64,000 nt of DNA. Source: Pelagibacterium sp. Its GTDB lineage: Bacteria > Pseudomonadota > Alphaproteobacteria > Rhizobiales > Devosiaceae. Position 1 is the first letter of the stretch. Every line of letters starts with the position of its first letter. The notes below the pieces were generated by a model. That model made no database searches. It worked only from the letters and a program-made list of their open reading frames with translations, and was not told the DNA's origin. The position numbers were made by a program, and so were the translations under genes. The DNA is taken from contig NZ_OZ252217.1 of the NCBI RefSeq assembly GCF_965249125.1, forward strand, positions 235,736 to 299,735. Direction: 5' to 3'. Below, one piece after another: positions 19,605 through 29,970 of the stretch.

Positions 19605-21329
19605 ATGGTCAACAGACACGACCCCGTCGTTCACAACGCAGGCATGTTCGGTCGCAAAACGGAAGCGAAAGCCGATCCCATCACGACTGAAGTGATCCGA
19701 CATGCGCTCAATTCCGCCGCCAACCAGATGAAGCGGGCGCTCATACGGACCTCGTTTTCGCCTATCATCTATGAGGTGCTGGATTTCGCGGTTGCAATTT
19801 ACGACACGGAGATTCGGCTGCTGTCGCAGGCTCCGTCCCTGCCCATGTTCATGGGCACGCTATCCTTCTGCATTTCCGAGGCTGTAAAGGCCAATGGTGG
19901 ACCAGAGACGCTCAATCCCGGGGATGCTTTGATTTACAACTGGCCATTCGGAACAGGCTCGCATCCCCAGGACATGGTCATCATCATGCCGGTGTTCCAC
20001 AATGATGGGGAACTGATCGGATATACCGCGATCAAGGGTCATTGGCTCGATATTGGCGCCAAGGACCCCTATTGCACCGACACGACTGATGTCTTTCAGG
20101 AAGGGGTGATCTTTCCGGGGGTCAAGATCTACAAGCAGAACGTCCTTAATGAGGACGTCTTCCGAATGATCATGGCCAATACACGGGTCCCCCACATGGT
20201 CCGGGGCGATCTGGACGCTCAGGTCACGGCGTGCCGGGTGGGCGTTAAGTCGCTGCTTGAGGTGGTCGACAGATTCGGCCTCGACACCTACCGTTCGGCC
20301 ATCGACGACATGTTCGATCATGGTGAGCGCATCGTTCGGTCTTACTTCGAAAAGATTCCCGATGGCCGCTATGTCGGCAAGGGCGAGATGGACAACAACG
20401 GCGTCACCAAGGACCGGATCCCGTTCGAGATCGTGCTTGAGGTTAGCGGATCAGAGGTAACACTCGACTTTTCGGGCGTCCCTGATGAACAGGTGGGGCC
20501 TACAAATTCTCCGCTTCCGACCACGATCTCGGCGAGCCGAGTGGCGATAACCATGCTGGCTGGATATGGTGAGGCGCCTCACGAGGGACATTTTCGACCC
20601 CTCAAGGTGATCACCCGCCCTGGTTCGATGTTCGATCCACTGCCTCCCGCGCCCTCCTTTATCTACGGCTGGCCTGGTCTGCAGTCTATCGAAGTGATCT
20701 ACAATGCTGTCGCCAATGCGCTACCCAAAGCTGTTCCTGCGCAGTCTGGCGGATGTATTTGTTCTCTCGTGGCTTGGGGCCAGCGTGAAGAAACTCGGCA
20801 GCCCTGGGCTGACGGCACCCCGCTGCCGACTGGACAGGGGGCTTGGCATGGCGGCGATGGCGGGACAATGCTGCACATTGCTGAATCGGCCACCCGCTTT
20901 ACTCCAGCCGAAGTGTGGGAGCAGCGCAACCCTTGGATTATCGAGCAGTTGGCCCTTGCCGAGGACTCGGTGGGGCCGGGTAAATGGCGCGGTGGGCCCG
21001 GGCTTAATCTCGATATCCGGATGACCGAAGACACGCTCATTACCACAGTCTTCGACCGCTCACTAAATGCCCCTTGGGGACTTGAACAGGGCGGGGAAGC
21101 GCGACCGAACAACTGTTATGCGCATATGCCGGACGGTGAGGTGCATTCAATCGCAAAGTCCACCCATTTCCACATGCCAAAAGACGCTGTGCTCAAAATG
21201 AAGACGGGCGGCGGTGGCGGCTACGGCAATCCTAAGGACAGGCCGGTGGAAATGGTCGAGCGTGATCTGGAAGACGGTTACATCACCGAGGCTTTTGCTC
21301 GCAAACATTATCCCCACGCCTTTGCCTAA
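19605..21329 (+). CDS. Hydantoinase B/oxoprolinase subunit
   Basis: TSFSPIIYEVLDF, HPQD, GHWLDIG, QEGVIFP, DSVGPGKWRGG, TGGGGGYGNP. Confidence 0.9.
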   Translation: MVNRHDPVVHNAGMFGRKTEAKADPITTEVIRHALNSAANQMKRALIRTSFSPIIYEVLDFAVAIYDTEIRLLSQAPSLPMFMGTLSFCISEAVKANGGPETLNPGDALIYNWPFGTGSHPQDMVIIMPVFHNDGELIGYTAIKGHWLDIGAKDPYCTDTTDVFQEGVIFPGVKIYKQNVLNEDVFRMIMANTRVPHMVRGDLDAQVTACRVGVKSLLEVVDRFGLDTYRSAIDDMFDHGERIVRSYFEKIPDGRYVGKGEMDNNGVTKDRIPFEIVLEVSGSEVTLDFSGVPDEQVGPTNSPLPTTISASRVAITMLAGYGEAPHEGHFRPLKVITRPGSMFDPLPPAPSFIYGWPGLQSIEVIYNAVANALPKAVPAQSGGCICSLVAWGQREETRQPWADGTPLPTGQGAWHGGDGGTMLHIAESATRFTPAEVWEQRNPWIIEQLALAEDSVGPGKWRGGPGLNLDIRMTEDTLITTVFDRSLNAPWGLEQGGEARPNNCYAHMPDGEVHSIAKSTHFHMPKDAVLKMKTGGGGGYGNPKDRPVEMVERDLEDGYITEAFARKHYPHAFA

Positions 21330-21394
21330 GCCTTTGACCGGTGACGCGGTTTTCCCTCCGCGTCACCACCTCATATCCGACAAAAAAGAGGTTT

Positions 21395-22246
21395 GTGCTG
21401 GTGAGACGCATTTTTGCTCATTTGGCCCGTGATCATGAGTTGCTGTTGGGCGCCTTCCTCTTTGGCGTCATCATTTTTCTTGCCGTTTTTGGACGTCTGA
21501 TCTGGCCGGTCGACCCCTTGCGGGTTGACGTCCTCAACTCGCTCATGCCGCCCAGTCTCGCCCATCCGATGGGGACCGACGATGTGGGGCGAGACGTCCT
21601 GGCGAGATTCATACAAGGCGCACAAGTCTCGATCGGTGTCGCCATCGGCGTCACTATTGCCGGAACCCTGATTGGTGGCACCCTGGGATTGGTGGCCGGC
21701 CTTGTCGGAGGCTGGGTTGATGCCGTTGTCTCACGAGCAATGGACGCCATCCTCGCCTTTCCGCCCCTGATACTTGCGATGGCCGTGGCTATTGGTTTGG
21801 GTCCGGGCATTCTGTCGGCGGCAATCGGCGTTATTCTGGCGGCTATTCCCTGGTATTACAGGCTCCTGCGCAGCGAGGTTCTGCGCCTGCGGACACTAAT
21901 GTATGTCGAATCCGCTCGGGCACTTGGAGCCTCCAATTTGCGATTGATTCGGTTGCACATCCTGCCGCAGACCACGTCGACCATCTTCATACAGGCCTCC
22001 TCGGTTTTCAGCTTCTCGATCCTCACACTGGCGGCATTGGGGTTTGTTGGCTTGGGCATTCAGCCCCCCATCCCTGAATGGGGAACAATGATCACCGAAG
22101 GTCTCGCTTACGCGCTGACCGGCCAATGGTGGCTCGGGGTATTTCCCGGTCTTGGCATTTTTGCGCTGGCTGTATCGGCAAATCTCATAGCGGACCGGTT
22201 GCGCGACATCTATGACCCGAAGTCCGGCGCGCAGCTGTCGATATAG
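21395..22246 (+). CDS. ABC permease (OppC family)
   Basis: HPMGTDDVGRDVLAR, YVESARALGAS, LGIQPPIPEWG; GTG start after AAGAGG. Confidence 0.88.
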   Translation: MLVRRIFAHLARDHELLLGAFLFGVIIFLAVFGRLIWPVDPLRVDVLNSLMPPSLAHPMGTDDVGRDVLARFIQGAQVSIGVAIGVTIAGTLIGGTLGLVAGLVGGWVDAVVSRAMDAILAFPPLILAMAVAIGLGPGILSAAIGVILAAIPWYYRLLRSEVLRLRTLMYVESARALGASNLRLIRLHILPQTTSTIFIQASSVFSFSILTLAALGFVGLGIQPPIPEWGTMITEGLAYALTGQWWLGVFPGLGIFALAVSANLIADRLRDIYDPKSGAQLSI

Positions 22247-22255
22247 GAGCTGGCC

Positions 22256-23257
22256 ATGATGAACTTTATCCTAGCCCGCATCGGTTCGGCCATCGTGACC
22301 ATATTTGGAGCGTCAGTGCTGGCCTTTGTGGTTCTGCGAGCCGTTCCGACCAATCCCGCAAGATTGATCGCCGGGCCGTTCGCTAATGACGAGGTGATAG
22401 CGCAGGTGACCGCGAACCTGGGTCTGGACCAGCCTCTGCCGGTGCAATATTTCGACTACATTGTCTCGTTCTTTGGCGGCGATTGGGGGTTTTCTTATAG
22501 TGCAGGCCAGCCCGTTCTTTCCCAGATTACTGCCCGCCTGCCTGCGAGTGCGGAGTTGGCGCTGTACGCCTTTCTCTTTGCCTTTATCGGCGCGGTGCTG
22601 ATCACCGTTCTCGTGAGCTTTCTCAAATCCCGCTGGCTGGACCGGCTCTTGCGGGTCATCTCGTTCGTCAGCGTCGGCATTCCGCCCTTTTGGCTGGCTC
22701 TTTTGTTCTTGATGGTGTTTTTCGAGCAGTTGGGATGGTTCCCGGGACCGGTGGGGCGGGGGCCAGCACCTGAGGTCATACCTACGGGCATTTACACGAT
22801 AGATTATCTGCTGGCTGGCGACCTTTCCGGATTTGGAACCGCGTTCTATCACCTGACCTTGCCGGCCTTGGCCTTGGCACTCGGGCCGTTTGGCTATCTT
22901 GTTCGATTGCTGAGGGCCAATTTGCTCGATGTGATCAACGAGCCTTTCGTCACCGTTTTGCACGCCAAAGGTGTTGCGCCGATCTCCGCTCATTTCAGTC
23001 ACATTCTGCCCAACGCGTTCATGCCAACGCTGACGGCGGGAGGGCTCATTCTGGCTCAATTGCTGGGCGGCAGTGTTCTGGTCGAGCGCATCTTCATGTG
23101 GCCCGGCATAGGCACCCTGGTGATCGATGGGATCCTGCGGCAGGACTATGCAGTCGTGCAGGCATTCATCATGCTGAGCGCCATTATCTATATTGGCGTC
23201 AATCTCTTGGTCGACATCTTGTACGGCTATGTCGATCCGCGCGTTCGCAGGAGCTGA
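22256..23257 (+). CDS. ABC permease (OppB family)
   Basis: [44 protein letters not shown]. Confidence 0.9.
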   Translation: MMNFILARIGSAIVTIFGASVLAFVVLRAVPTNPARLIAGPFANDEVIAQVTANLGLDQPLPVQYFDYIVSFFGGDWGFSYSAGQPVLSQITARLPASAELALYAFLFAFIGAVLITVLVSFLKSRWLDRLLRVISFVSVGIPPFWLALLFLMVFFEQLGWFPGPVGRGPAPEVIPTGIYTIDYLLAGDLSGFGTAFYHLTLPALALALGPFGYLVRLLRANLLDVINEPFVTVLHAKGVAPISAHFSHILPNAFMPTLTAGGLILAQLLGGSVLVERIFMWPGIGTLVIDGILRQDYAVVQAFIMLSAIIYIGVNLLVDILYGYVDPRVRRS

Positions 23258-23261
23258 GGCC

Positions 23262-24287
23262 ATGGAAAACCTTTCACCCTCGCTACCGCTGCTCGAGATC
23301 TTGGGCCTCAAAACGTCTTTCAAAACCCCTCGCGGTGTTGTGCGCAGTGTTGACGACGTTTCCTTTGTCATTCCAAAGGGCCAGACTCTGGGTGTGGTGG
23401 GCGAGTCAGGGTCTGGAAAGAGCGTGACCTCACTTTCCATCATGCAATTGGTGTCACGAGGAGGCGGCCAGATTGATGACGGCCGCATCGTGCTCAACAA
23501 GCCAGGACAACCCGGTCTGGAGCTTACCTCGCTTGATGAAAAAGCGATGCGCAGGATCCGGGGCAACGACATCGCAATGATCTTTCAAGAGCCCATGACC
23601 AGCCTCGACCCGGTGTGGTCGATCGGTGATCAGATCATTGAGGCGATCCGCCTGCATCAGCAGGTGTCCCGAAAGGAAGCACGCGAAAAAGCAATCGAGA
23701 TGTTGCGGCTCGTGGGCATTCCGGCTCCAGACAGCCGCGTGGATGATTATCCTCATCAGCTCTCGGGCGGAATGCGGCAGAGGGTAATGATTGCAATTGC
23801 GCTCTCGTGCCGTCCATCGTTGTTGATTGCAGACGAGCCAACGACAGCCCTCGATGTGACAATCCAGGCCCAAATACTGGACTTGATCCGACGCTTGCAG
23901 CAAGAAATTGGGATGTCGGTGCTGTTCATCACTCACAATTTGGGGGTGGTGGCCGAAATCGCAGATCGTGTTGCGGTCATGTATGCAGGCCAGGTTGTCG
24001 AAGAAGGGCCAGTCCGCGAGATCTTTTCAAGGCCACGACATCCTTACACTGTGGGACTTCTCAAATCGATACCTGGTGCCGCCCGTGAGAAGGATACAGC
24101 GCCGGCGAGCCGACTTGAGACCATCGGAGGCACACCGCCCAATCCCCTTGAACTGCCCAGTGGCTGCCGGTTTGCCCCGCGTTGTAGTCTTGCCGTTGAT
24201 GCGTGCCGCTCCAGTGTCCCTCCGCTTTTCGACGTCGGGCCCGAGCACGGCGGACGCTGTATCCGCTGGCAGGAGGTGAGCAAATGA
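23262..24287 (+). CDS. ABC ATPase (OppD family)
   Basis: [32 protein letters not shown]-terminal HPYT and GCRFAPRC. Confidence 0.92.
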   Translation: MENLSPSLPLLEILGLKTSFKTPRGVVRSVDDVSFVIPKGQTLGVVGESGSGKSVTSLSIMQLVSRGGGQIDDGRIVLNKPGQPGLELTSLDEKAMRRIRGNDIAMIFQEPMTSLDPVWSIGDQIIEAIRLHQQVSRKEAREKAIEMLRLVGIPAPDSRVDDYPHQLSGGMRQRVMIAIALSCRPSLLIADEPTTALDVTIQAQILDLIRRLQQEIGMSVLFITHNLGVVAEIADRVAVMYAGQVVEEGPVREIFSRPRHPYTVGLLKSIPGAAREKDTAPASRLETIGGTPPNPLELPSGCRFAPRCSLAVDACRSSVPPLFDVGPEHGGRCIRWQEVSK

Positions 24288-25261
24288 ATACGGCTCCGTT
24301 GCTTGACGTTCGTGCTCTTTTTAAGCGGTTCCCGATCAAGGGATCGCCGTTCTCAAAGGAGAAAAAGGAAGTCCACGCCATTTCGGACGTCAGCTTTACG
24401 ATCAATCGCGGCGAAGTTGTTGGACTTGTGGGCGAATCTGGCTCAGGCAAGACGACGATCGGGCGCACGATCATGCGACTTACTGACCCTACCGAGGGCC
24501 AGATCCTCTTTGACGGCACCGATATTGCGCAAATCTCCCAGCGCGAGATGATGGCGTTTCGGCGCAAGATTCAAATGATCTTCCAGGATCCCTTTGCCAG
24601 CCTCAATCCGCGACGAAAGGTCGGAGAGCTCGTGGCCGAAGGCATGGAAATCCATGGCCTCGGCAACCGCCAGGAGCGGCAGGCGGAGGTGAACAGGCTC
24701 CTTGAGCTCGTCGGACTGCCTGCTGATGCTTCACAGCGACATCCCCACGAATTTTCAGGCGGCCAGCGCCAGCGCATCGGCATTGCTCGGGCTTTAGCCG
24801 TATCGCCGGACTTTATTGTAGCTGACGAACCGGTGTCAGCGCTTGATGTGTCGGTCCAAGCGCAAGTGCTCAATCTGCTGCAGGATCTGAAGGAGCAATT
24901 GGGTCTCACTGTACTCTTCATTGCTCACGACCTTGCAGTTGTTGAACATTTTTGCGACCGCGTCATCGTCATGTACTTGGGCCGCATCATGGAAATAGCT
25001 CCTCGACGCCGCCTCTATGCTGCTCCGCAGCATCCCTATACCGAAGCGCTTCTTTCGGCTGCGCCGGCGCCAGACCCGGATCGCTCCGGTCAACGCATCG
25101 TTCTCGAGGGCGATATCCCGAGCCCGATCAACCCACCATCGGGATGCGTCCAGCGCACCCGTTGCCGGTACGCGATTTCTGATTGCGCCAAGATCGTTCC
25201 CCAGTTGCGCGAAGTTGCACCAGGACACTTCAAGGCCTGTATCCGCGACGATATTTTCTAG
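24284..25261 (+). CDS. ABC ATPase (OppF family)
   Basis: [30 protein letters not shown]; ATGA overlap with the upstream gene. Confidence 0.92.
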   Translation: MNTAPLLDVRALFKRFPIKGSPFSKEKKEVHAISDVSFTINRGEVVGLVGESGSGKTTIGRTIMRLTDPTEGQILFDGTDIAQISQREMMAFRRKIQMIFQDPFASLNPRRKVGELVAEGMEIHGLGNRQERQAEVNRLLELVGLPADASQRHPHEFSGGQRQRIGIARALAVSPDFIVADEPVSALDVSVQAQVLNLLQDLKEQLGLTVLFIAHDLAVVEHFCDRVIVMYLGRIMEIAPRRRLYAAPQHPYTEALLSAAPAPDPDRSGQRIVLEGDIPSPINPPSGCVQRTRCRYAISDCAKIVPQLREVAPGHFKACIRDDIF

Positions 25262-25271
25262 GATTATTGCC

Positions 25272-26438
25272 ATGCCGATTCTCAATTCGATCATTGATGC
25301 GCATCAGGAAATCACGGCCTGGCGCCGCGATTTTCATGCCCATCCCGAACTTTTGTACGATGTCCATCGAACGGCGGAGAAAGTGGCGGAGCAGCTAGAG
25401 AGTTTTGGCGTCGATGAGGTGGTTACCGGCATTGGCAGGACTGGTGTGGTGGGCGTTATTCGCGGACGCGGCACAGGGCCAACAATCGGGCTGCGGGCAG
25501 ATATGGATGCACTGCCCATCACCGAGAAGAGCTCGGCCTCTTACGCTAGTCAAAATGCGGGCCTGATGCATGCGTGCGGTCACGATGGTCATACGGCCAT
25601 GCTGCTCGGGGCTGCACGATACCTCGCCGAAAACCGAGGTCTTGATAGCGATGTAGTCGTCATTTTTCAGCCCGCAGAAGAAGGTGGTGCGGGCGGTTTG
25701 GCCATGGTGGAGGACGGATTGTTTGAGCGTTTCGGGATTGATGCTGTCTATGGCTTGCACAATTTGCCCGGACTGCCGGAGGGATCATTCGCCACTTGCT
25801 CTGGCGCGATCATGGCCTCTGCAGATGAGTTCGAGATCGAAATTTCTGCGAAAGGTGGTCATGCCGCATGGCCTCACAATACGGTCGACCCGATCCTTGT
25901 AGCCGGGCAAGTGATTACTGCACTCCAATCGATTGTGGCGCGCAATGTGGATCCCCTTGCGTCAGCTGTTGTGTCGGTAACTCAGATGCACTCCGGGTCC
26001 GCTTATAACGTGATACCGTCAGAAGCGACCCTGCGCGGCACGGTCAGAACCCTTGCTCCACGAACACGTGATGTTGTCGAAGAGCGAATGAATGAGATAG
26101 TCACACATATTGCCGCGGGATTTGGAGCCACCGCAAAGCTTAATTTTCGCCGCGGCTATCCCGTCACGGTCAATGATCCGAATCAGGTGGCCTTCGCTTG
26201 CGACGTCGCTGCCAGCATTGTCGGTGAGGAAAAGGTTGAGCGCTTCATGACTCCGATGATGGGCGGCGAAGACTTTGCCTTTATGCTGGAGCGGTGCCCC
26301 GGCTCATATCTGTTCATTGGAAACGGCGACACCAGCGGGCTTCATACCGATGAATACGACTTCAACGACTCCATCATACCAATAGGAGTCAGCTACCTTG
26401 TTGAACTCGCCCGCAGTGCGACCTCTCATAGGAGATAA
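25272..26438 (+). CDS. M20 amidohydrolase (hippurate hydrolase-like)
   Basis: RRDFHAHPEL, LRADMDALP, MHACGHDGH, FQPAEE, GGHAA, GEDFA, LH. Confidence 0.92.
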   Translation: MPILNSIIDAHQEITAWRRDFHAHPELLYDVHRTAEKVAEQLESFGVDEVVTGIGRTGVVGVIRGRGTGPTIGLRADMDALPITEKSSASYASQNAGLMHACGHDGHTAMLLGAARYLAENRGLDSDVVVIFQPAEEGGAGGLAMVEDGLFERFGIDAVYGLHNLPGLPEGSFATCSGAIMASADEFEIEISAKGGHAAWPHNTVDPILVAGQVITALQSIVARNVDPLASAVVSVTQMHSGSAYNVIPSEATLRGTVRTLAPRTRDVVEERMNEIVTHIAAGFGATAKLNFRRGYPVTVNDPNQVAFACDVAASIVGEEKVERFMTPMMGGEDFAFMLERCPGSYLFIGNGDTSGLHTDEYDFNDSIIPIGVSYLVELARSATSHRR

Positions 26439-26479
26439 AGTGCTACGACTTCGTGGTCGACCGTCTGGAACCGGCGTGA

Positions 26480-26700
26480 CGATGAATGGCAGCTTTCTCT
26501 GATTTCACGGCAGCACCGGACTGACCGCTTACGGCTCCCTGCCTGACACACCGAAATATGAACGAATGGCAGGTACGGGGCGGCGACCGGAGCCTGCCGA
26601 AGGGCGACTTTTGGGTCGACAGGCGAACGGCCGCTATTCGCAAATCCCGACCGAAACCCGACAGACAGCTTCCGGCCCCGACTTTGCCGTTCAGCAAGAA
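26480..26700. repeat. Cluster of degenerate palindromic junction repeats
   Basis: Several GAAYGNCMGC-type arms plus 24-mers CCGGACTGACCGCTTACGGCTCCC (26516) and CCCGACAGACAGCTTCCGGCCCCG (26657). Confidence 0.65.
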
Positions 26701-26813
26701 GTTCGGATCGCCCGCGTACTGGAAGGGCAACTTGCCGATACAGATTACCGTAGTTTCGCTGTGATGGCGTGTGAGGAGGCGACGGGAGCTAAGACAATTG
26801 AGAGAGTGATGCG

Positions 26814-27254
26814 TTATGCATCGTCAATCAGGTCGAAAATATCCTCGATGCTGGTTTCCCAGGTGCCACCGCCCTTCGTCGGTCGTGCATGGTCATCCCG
26901 CGGCCTGGGTCGAAGAGAAGGTATCCATTCCGGATCTTCGTGCTCTGAACGGTGAACGAGACGATCAGCGATAGCTTGGGCGGACGGCCCTACAGCATAT
27001 CCCTCGCGTTCGAGGATGACGCGTGCCGTCTTCATCACGGCAACCATAGATAGACCACCGCTGTCCCCATCCAGCTCGCAGCGCAACGCACTGGTCTTGG
27101 CCAGCCAGAACGCGAGAGACTCAGACAAGGCGGCATCGACGACGCGCGGCTCGGGTGATCCTTCTTTCTTCTTGCGCTCACGGTACCGCCTGGCGCGCTC
27201 GGCCGCGTTCCGGCGCTGGCGGGCGGCGCGCTGGGATCGTGTCTCTTCAGGCAT
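26814..27254 (-). CDS. Hypothetical protein with a basic helical N-terminus (possible DNA-binding protein)
   Basis: RBS GAGG before ATG 27254; RQRRNAAERARRYRERKKK segment; globular remainder. Confidence 0.6.
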   Translation of the reverse strand: MPEETRSQRAARQRRNAAERARRYRERKKKEGSPEPRVVDAALSESLAFWLAKTSALRCELDGDSGGLSMVAVMKTARVILEREGYAVGPSAQAIADRLVHRSEHEDPEWIPSLRPRPRDDHARPTKGGGTWETSIEDIFDLIDDA

Positions 27255-27925
27255 GGTCACCTCGTGGTCCGGCGTCGGCAATGATCGGGTAGTTTTATGA
27301 AAGAGACAATCACACCGCGTCACGCGTTCGCCGTCACGCTTTCCAATCCCCGTGAGGGACACTTGGGAGAAGGTTGGCCTCGATCACGGTCTTCTCTTGG
27401 GGGCGATGAGGCACGCGGCAGAAGTGGCTTGCAGAAACCTGGTGGAAGGCGGCCAGGTCTTTACCGGTGTCGTAAACAACCGGCGCTGAGAGCCTTCTGC
27501 GCAGTGGAGGGCGGTCTAGGCCTGTTAAACCAAACTTCTCGCCCGGCGGTCTCAATCCATCTCTACGGCGCTCTCGCCGCCGCCCGCCAAGACGCCGCCA
27601 GTTGACCTCATGCGCAAGAGTTCGAGCCAGCGATCCGCGAGGTCGCGACCGTTGCGGATCTTGCCTTGGAAGCGATCGCCATCCAGGCGCCCTCCATAAG
27701 TTTGGCGGGAGCGTAAGGTGGATCGACGTTCAGATCGAAAAGTTGGCGACCAAGCAGATCCCGGATGCCCCGGTCACGTCACCGCACCCGTCGACTGAGA
27801 TTGTGCCGCTACCTGTAGATGCCGATCCTTGGGTCGAAGTCGTCGAATTTAGATCAAATACCGGCCATTGGATCCGTCGACCCTCAACGGTTTCGTGATA
27901 TACAGCGCACAGGAGATCACATCAC

Positions 27926-28168
27926 ATGTTTGGACCCAGCAATAACGGAGACGATCTCGCCCTCGCTCTTTCGGCGCTCAACACTCTTGGTAGCGAACGC
28001 CGTGCTCGCAGCCGGGCGGATGCCCGCACGCGAAACAGCGTTGAACGCCTGGCCCAGTCCCACCGCGCCGCATTGGCGCGCATCGCCGACCTGGAAGCGC
28101 AGCTCAAGCGTGAGCGCAGCGCCCGCCTTGCTGCCGAGATGAACCTCGAGCGCGTACATCGAGCATAA
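27926..28168 (+). CDS. Hypothetical coiled-coil protein (80 aa)
   Basis: RBS AGGAG; heptad pattern ALARIADLEAQLKRER. Confidence 0.6.
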   Translation: MFGPSNNGDDLALALSALNTLGSERRARSRADARTRNSVERLAQSHRAALARIADLEAQLKRERSARLAAEMNLERVHRA

Positions 28169-28190
28169 AAAAGCCGGCGGTGCCGCCGGC
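28168..28190 (-). terminator. Intrinsic terminator for the minus-strand gene
   Basis: GCCGGCGG/CCGCCGGC stem with an A-run on its left (T-run on the minus strand), between convergent genes. Confidence 0.65.
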
Positions 28191-28215
28191 CAATCTCCGT
28201 TTCGACCCGCCGCGA

Positions 28216-28716
28216 TCAAGCGGTCCGCATCAGCCCCAACTCGTCGACGACATCGCGTAGGTATCGTCGGCGCGGTGCTGGTTGGGGGCGGTCGTAATTG
28301 GCGATCGCCTCGCGGTCGAACGCCAACACCCCCTTCATGGCCTGACCGCCGTGGAGATGCAGATCGATTGCACTGTCGCTTGCACACGCCATACGGCATA
28401 GCATTGGCCTGGGCATCACCCGGAGCCATTCAACAATCGATGGGTCCACCGCCTCGACCTGCTCGGGCCGGACGGAGCCGGCGGCAAGGCTCGCGGCAAG
28501 CTGTCTGATCGGCTCCATCTTAACACCCTTGTTTGGCACCTCCCGCTCGGCCTCGGCTGAGATGGCATCCTCGGCAATTTCGTATGGCAGTGGCGGCATG
28601 GGCGGCGATCCCATCAAGACGATCCTCCGAACCAGTCTCCCACTCTCGCGCACGATCCGCACGACCATTAACGCCATGGTCGCAAAGGCTGCTCTCAACA
28701 TTGCAAAAAATCTCAT
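28216..28716 (-). CDS. Hypothetical protein
   Basis: RBS AAAGGAG before ATG 28716; 166 aa; ends at a terminator. Confidence 0.6.
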   Translation of the reverse strand: MRFFAMLRAAFATMALMVVRIVRESGRLVRRIVLMGSPPMPPLPYEIAEDAISAEAEREVPNKGVKMEPIRQLAASLAAGSVRPEQVEAVDPSIVEWLRVMPRPMLCRMACASDSAIDLHLHGGQAMKGVLAFDREAIANYDRPQPAPRRRYLRDVVDELGLMRTA

Positions 28717-28994
28717 CGCCTCATCTCCTTTCGACAATTGAGATAACAGCAATATCGATTCGAAGCGTGCATACGACAAGAACGATATCGGAACATTCAA
28801 ATCGCAACGAATGGATTAGAGTTACATTTATTCGAAAAATGACCTTGAGATCCCAAGAATAGGCACCTGTGGCGCATGAATGCAATGTTGGTATCGAGGT
28901 GCTATGGCCTTAATTCATTATTCGTACTATTTTTTCTTGAAATCTGAATTCGGTTCGGCAATCTTTGTGTCTTGTGTAGACGCAAGGGTTTCTT

Positions 28995-29282
28995 ATGCGC
29001 AGACCTGCTTTCCCCACCCGAGTACCCGCCTCAGTCGCGATTGCTGAGCCGCTGTCGCGGTTCGTCGATGGTCTCGTTGACTACCTCAATGACGAGGGCG
29101 ACGTCGTCGTCCCCGAGGGCGTCACCGCAGCGGAGCCGGCACTGCCGTCCGATGAGGACTGGGATGATCCCTACGGCGAGCGCCGTATCGAGCAGGCACC
29201 GCGGGCCGCCGACTTGGTCGAGGCTGAAGATGAAGAATTGCCCGAGTTTCTCTTCGCCGAAACTTTTGGGGAAAAGCGCTGA
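28995..29282 (+). CDS. Hypothetical acidic protein (95 aa)
   Basis: First ORF of a coupled chain; its TGA overlaps the next ATG (TGATG). Confidence 0.55.
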   Translation: MRRPAFPTRVPASVAIAEPLSRFVDGLVDYLNDEGDVVVPEGVTAAEPALPSDEDWDDPYGERRIEQAPRAADLVEAEDEELPEFLFAETFGEKR

Positions 29283-29386
29283 TGTTCGTATCCGCCGTCG
29301 TGCTTCGGCAGCGCATCCTCGCCCGCAAGAAGTATGCGGACGTCGCCAAACGCTACGGATCGGCCGAAGGCGCAGGCACCCAGTGA
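29282..29386 (+). CDS. Hypothetical microprotein (34 aa, MFVSAVVLRQRILARKKYADVAKRYGSAEGAGTQ)
   Basis: Below the ORF-track cutoff; TGATG overlaps at both ends. Confidence 0.45.
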   Translation: MFVSAVVLRQRILARKKYADVAKRYGSAEGAGTQ

Positions 29387-29571
29387 TGACACCGTCCCGG
29401 CGTTTCGGCTCGTGCCCTTCTCAGCTATCACCGCGCTGGTCGAACCAAGGTCGGCGTTGCCTCTGTGTCGTGAACGATTTCTCGTCGACAGGCCCCAAAG
29501 ACGTCGTCTGGCTGCGCTGCAAACGGAGCGACAAAAAAGACTACAAGGCCGTAGAAGGGCACGCCGCATGA
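29386..29571 (+). CDS. Hypothetical microprotein (61 aa)
   Basis: TGATG overlap upstream and ATGA overlap downstream. Confidence 0.4.
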   Translation: MTPSRRFGSCPSQLSPRWSNQGRRCLCVVNDFSSTGPKDVVWLRCKRSDKKDYKAVEGHAA

Positions 29572-29753
29572 GTTTTCCAGAACCCAGACTTCCAACAGAT
29601 CCATGGGCGCGCCGCTGCTATGAACGGATGCCTCGTCAGCGGACGTTCGCAGAAGAAATGCAGTGGCCTATCGCGCAGGAAATCCTTGCATCGCTACTCG
29701 ATGATGACCGCGACGCCATGCTGTCGGTCGAAGGGAGAAAAAATGAGCGCTGA
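29568..29753 (+). CDS. Hypothetical microprotein (61 aa)
   Basis: ATGA overlap upstream; overlaps the start of the next ORF. Confidence 0.45.
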   Translation: MSFPEPRLPTDPWARRCYERMPRQRTFAEEMQWPIAQEILASLLDDDRDAMLSVEGRKNER

Positions 29754-29883
29754 ACGTATCAAACGCAAAACGATCGGCAAAGATGGGCTCATGCGCGCCG
29801 AATTCGATATTGTTGCTGATACTCGGTCAGGCATCGGTGAAGAGATGGTGCAATTGAAGAAGCACTATCCACCAACTGGGTAG
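29743..29883 (+). CDS. Hypothetical microprotein (46 aa)
   Basis: RBS GGGAG before ATG 29743, which lies inside the previous ORF's 3' end. Confidence 0.4.
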   Translation: MSAERIKRKTIGKDGLMRAEFDIVADTRSGIGEEMVQLKKHYPPTG

Positions 29884-29970
29884 ACGCAGTGGATATCCGA
29901 TCTTATCCAGCTCGAGGACGGGTGCTGGATGTCGCGTAAAGCATAGCCTGTCCTGTGATTGAGTAGAACC

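Noticed and set aside
22313-23572. 419-aa minus-strand ORF
   Set aside because: Antisense shadow of ABC permease and ATPase genes.
25017-25271. N-terminal extension of the M20 peptidase overlapping oppF
   Set aside because: Family homology starts at ATG 25272; the extension is an open frame overlapping another gene.
27297-27898. ORFs 27297-27605 and 27602-27898
   Set aside because: No convincing starts or motifs; may be decayed coding DNA but no boundaries can be supported.
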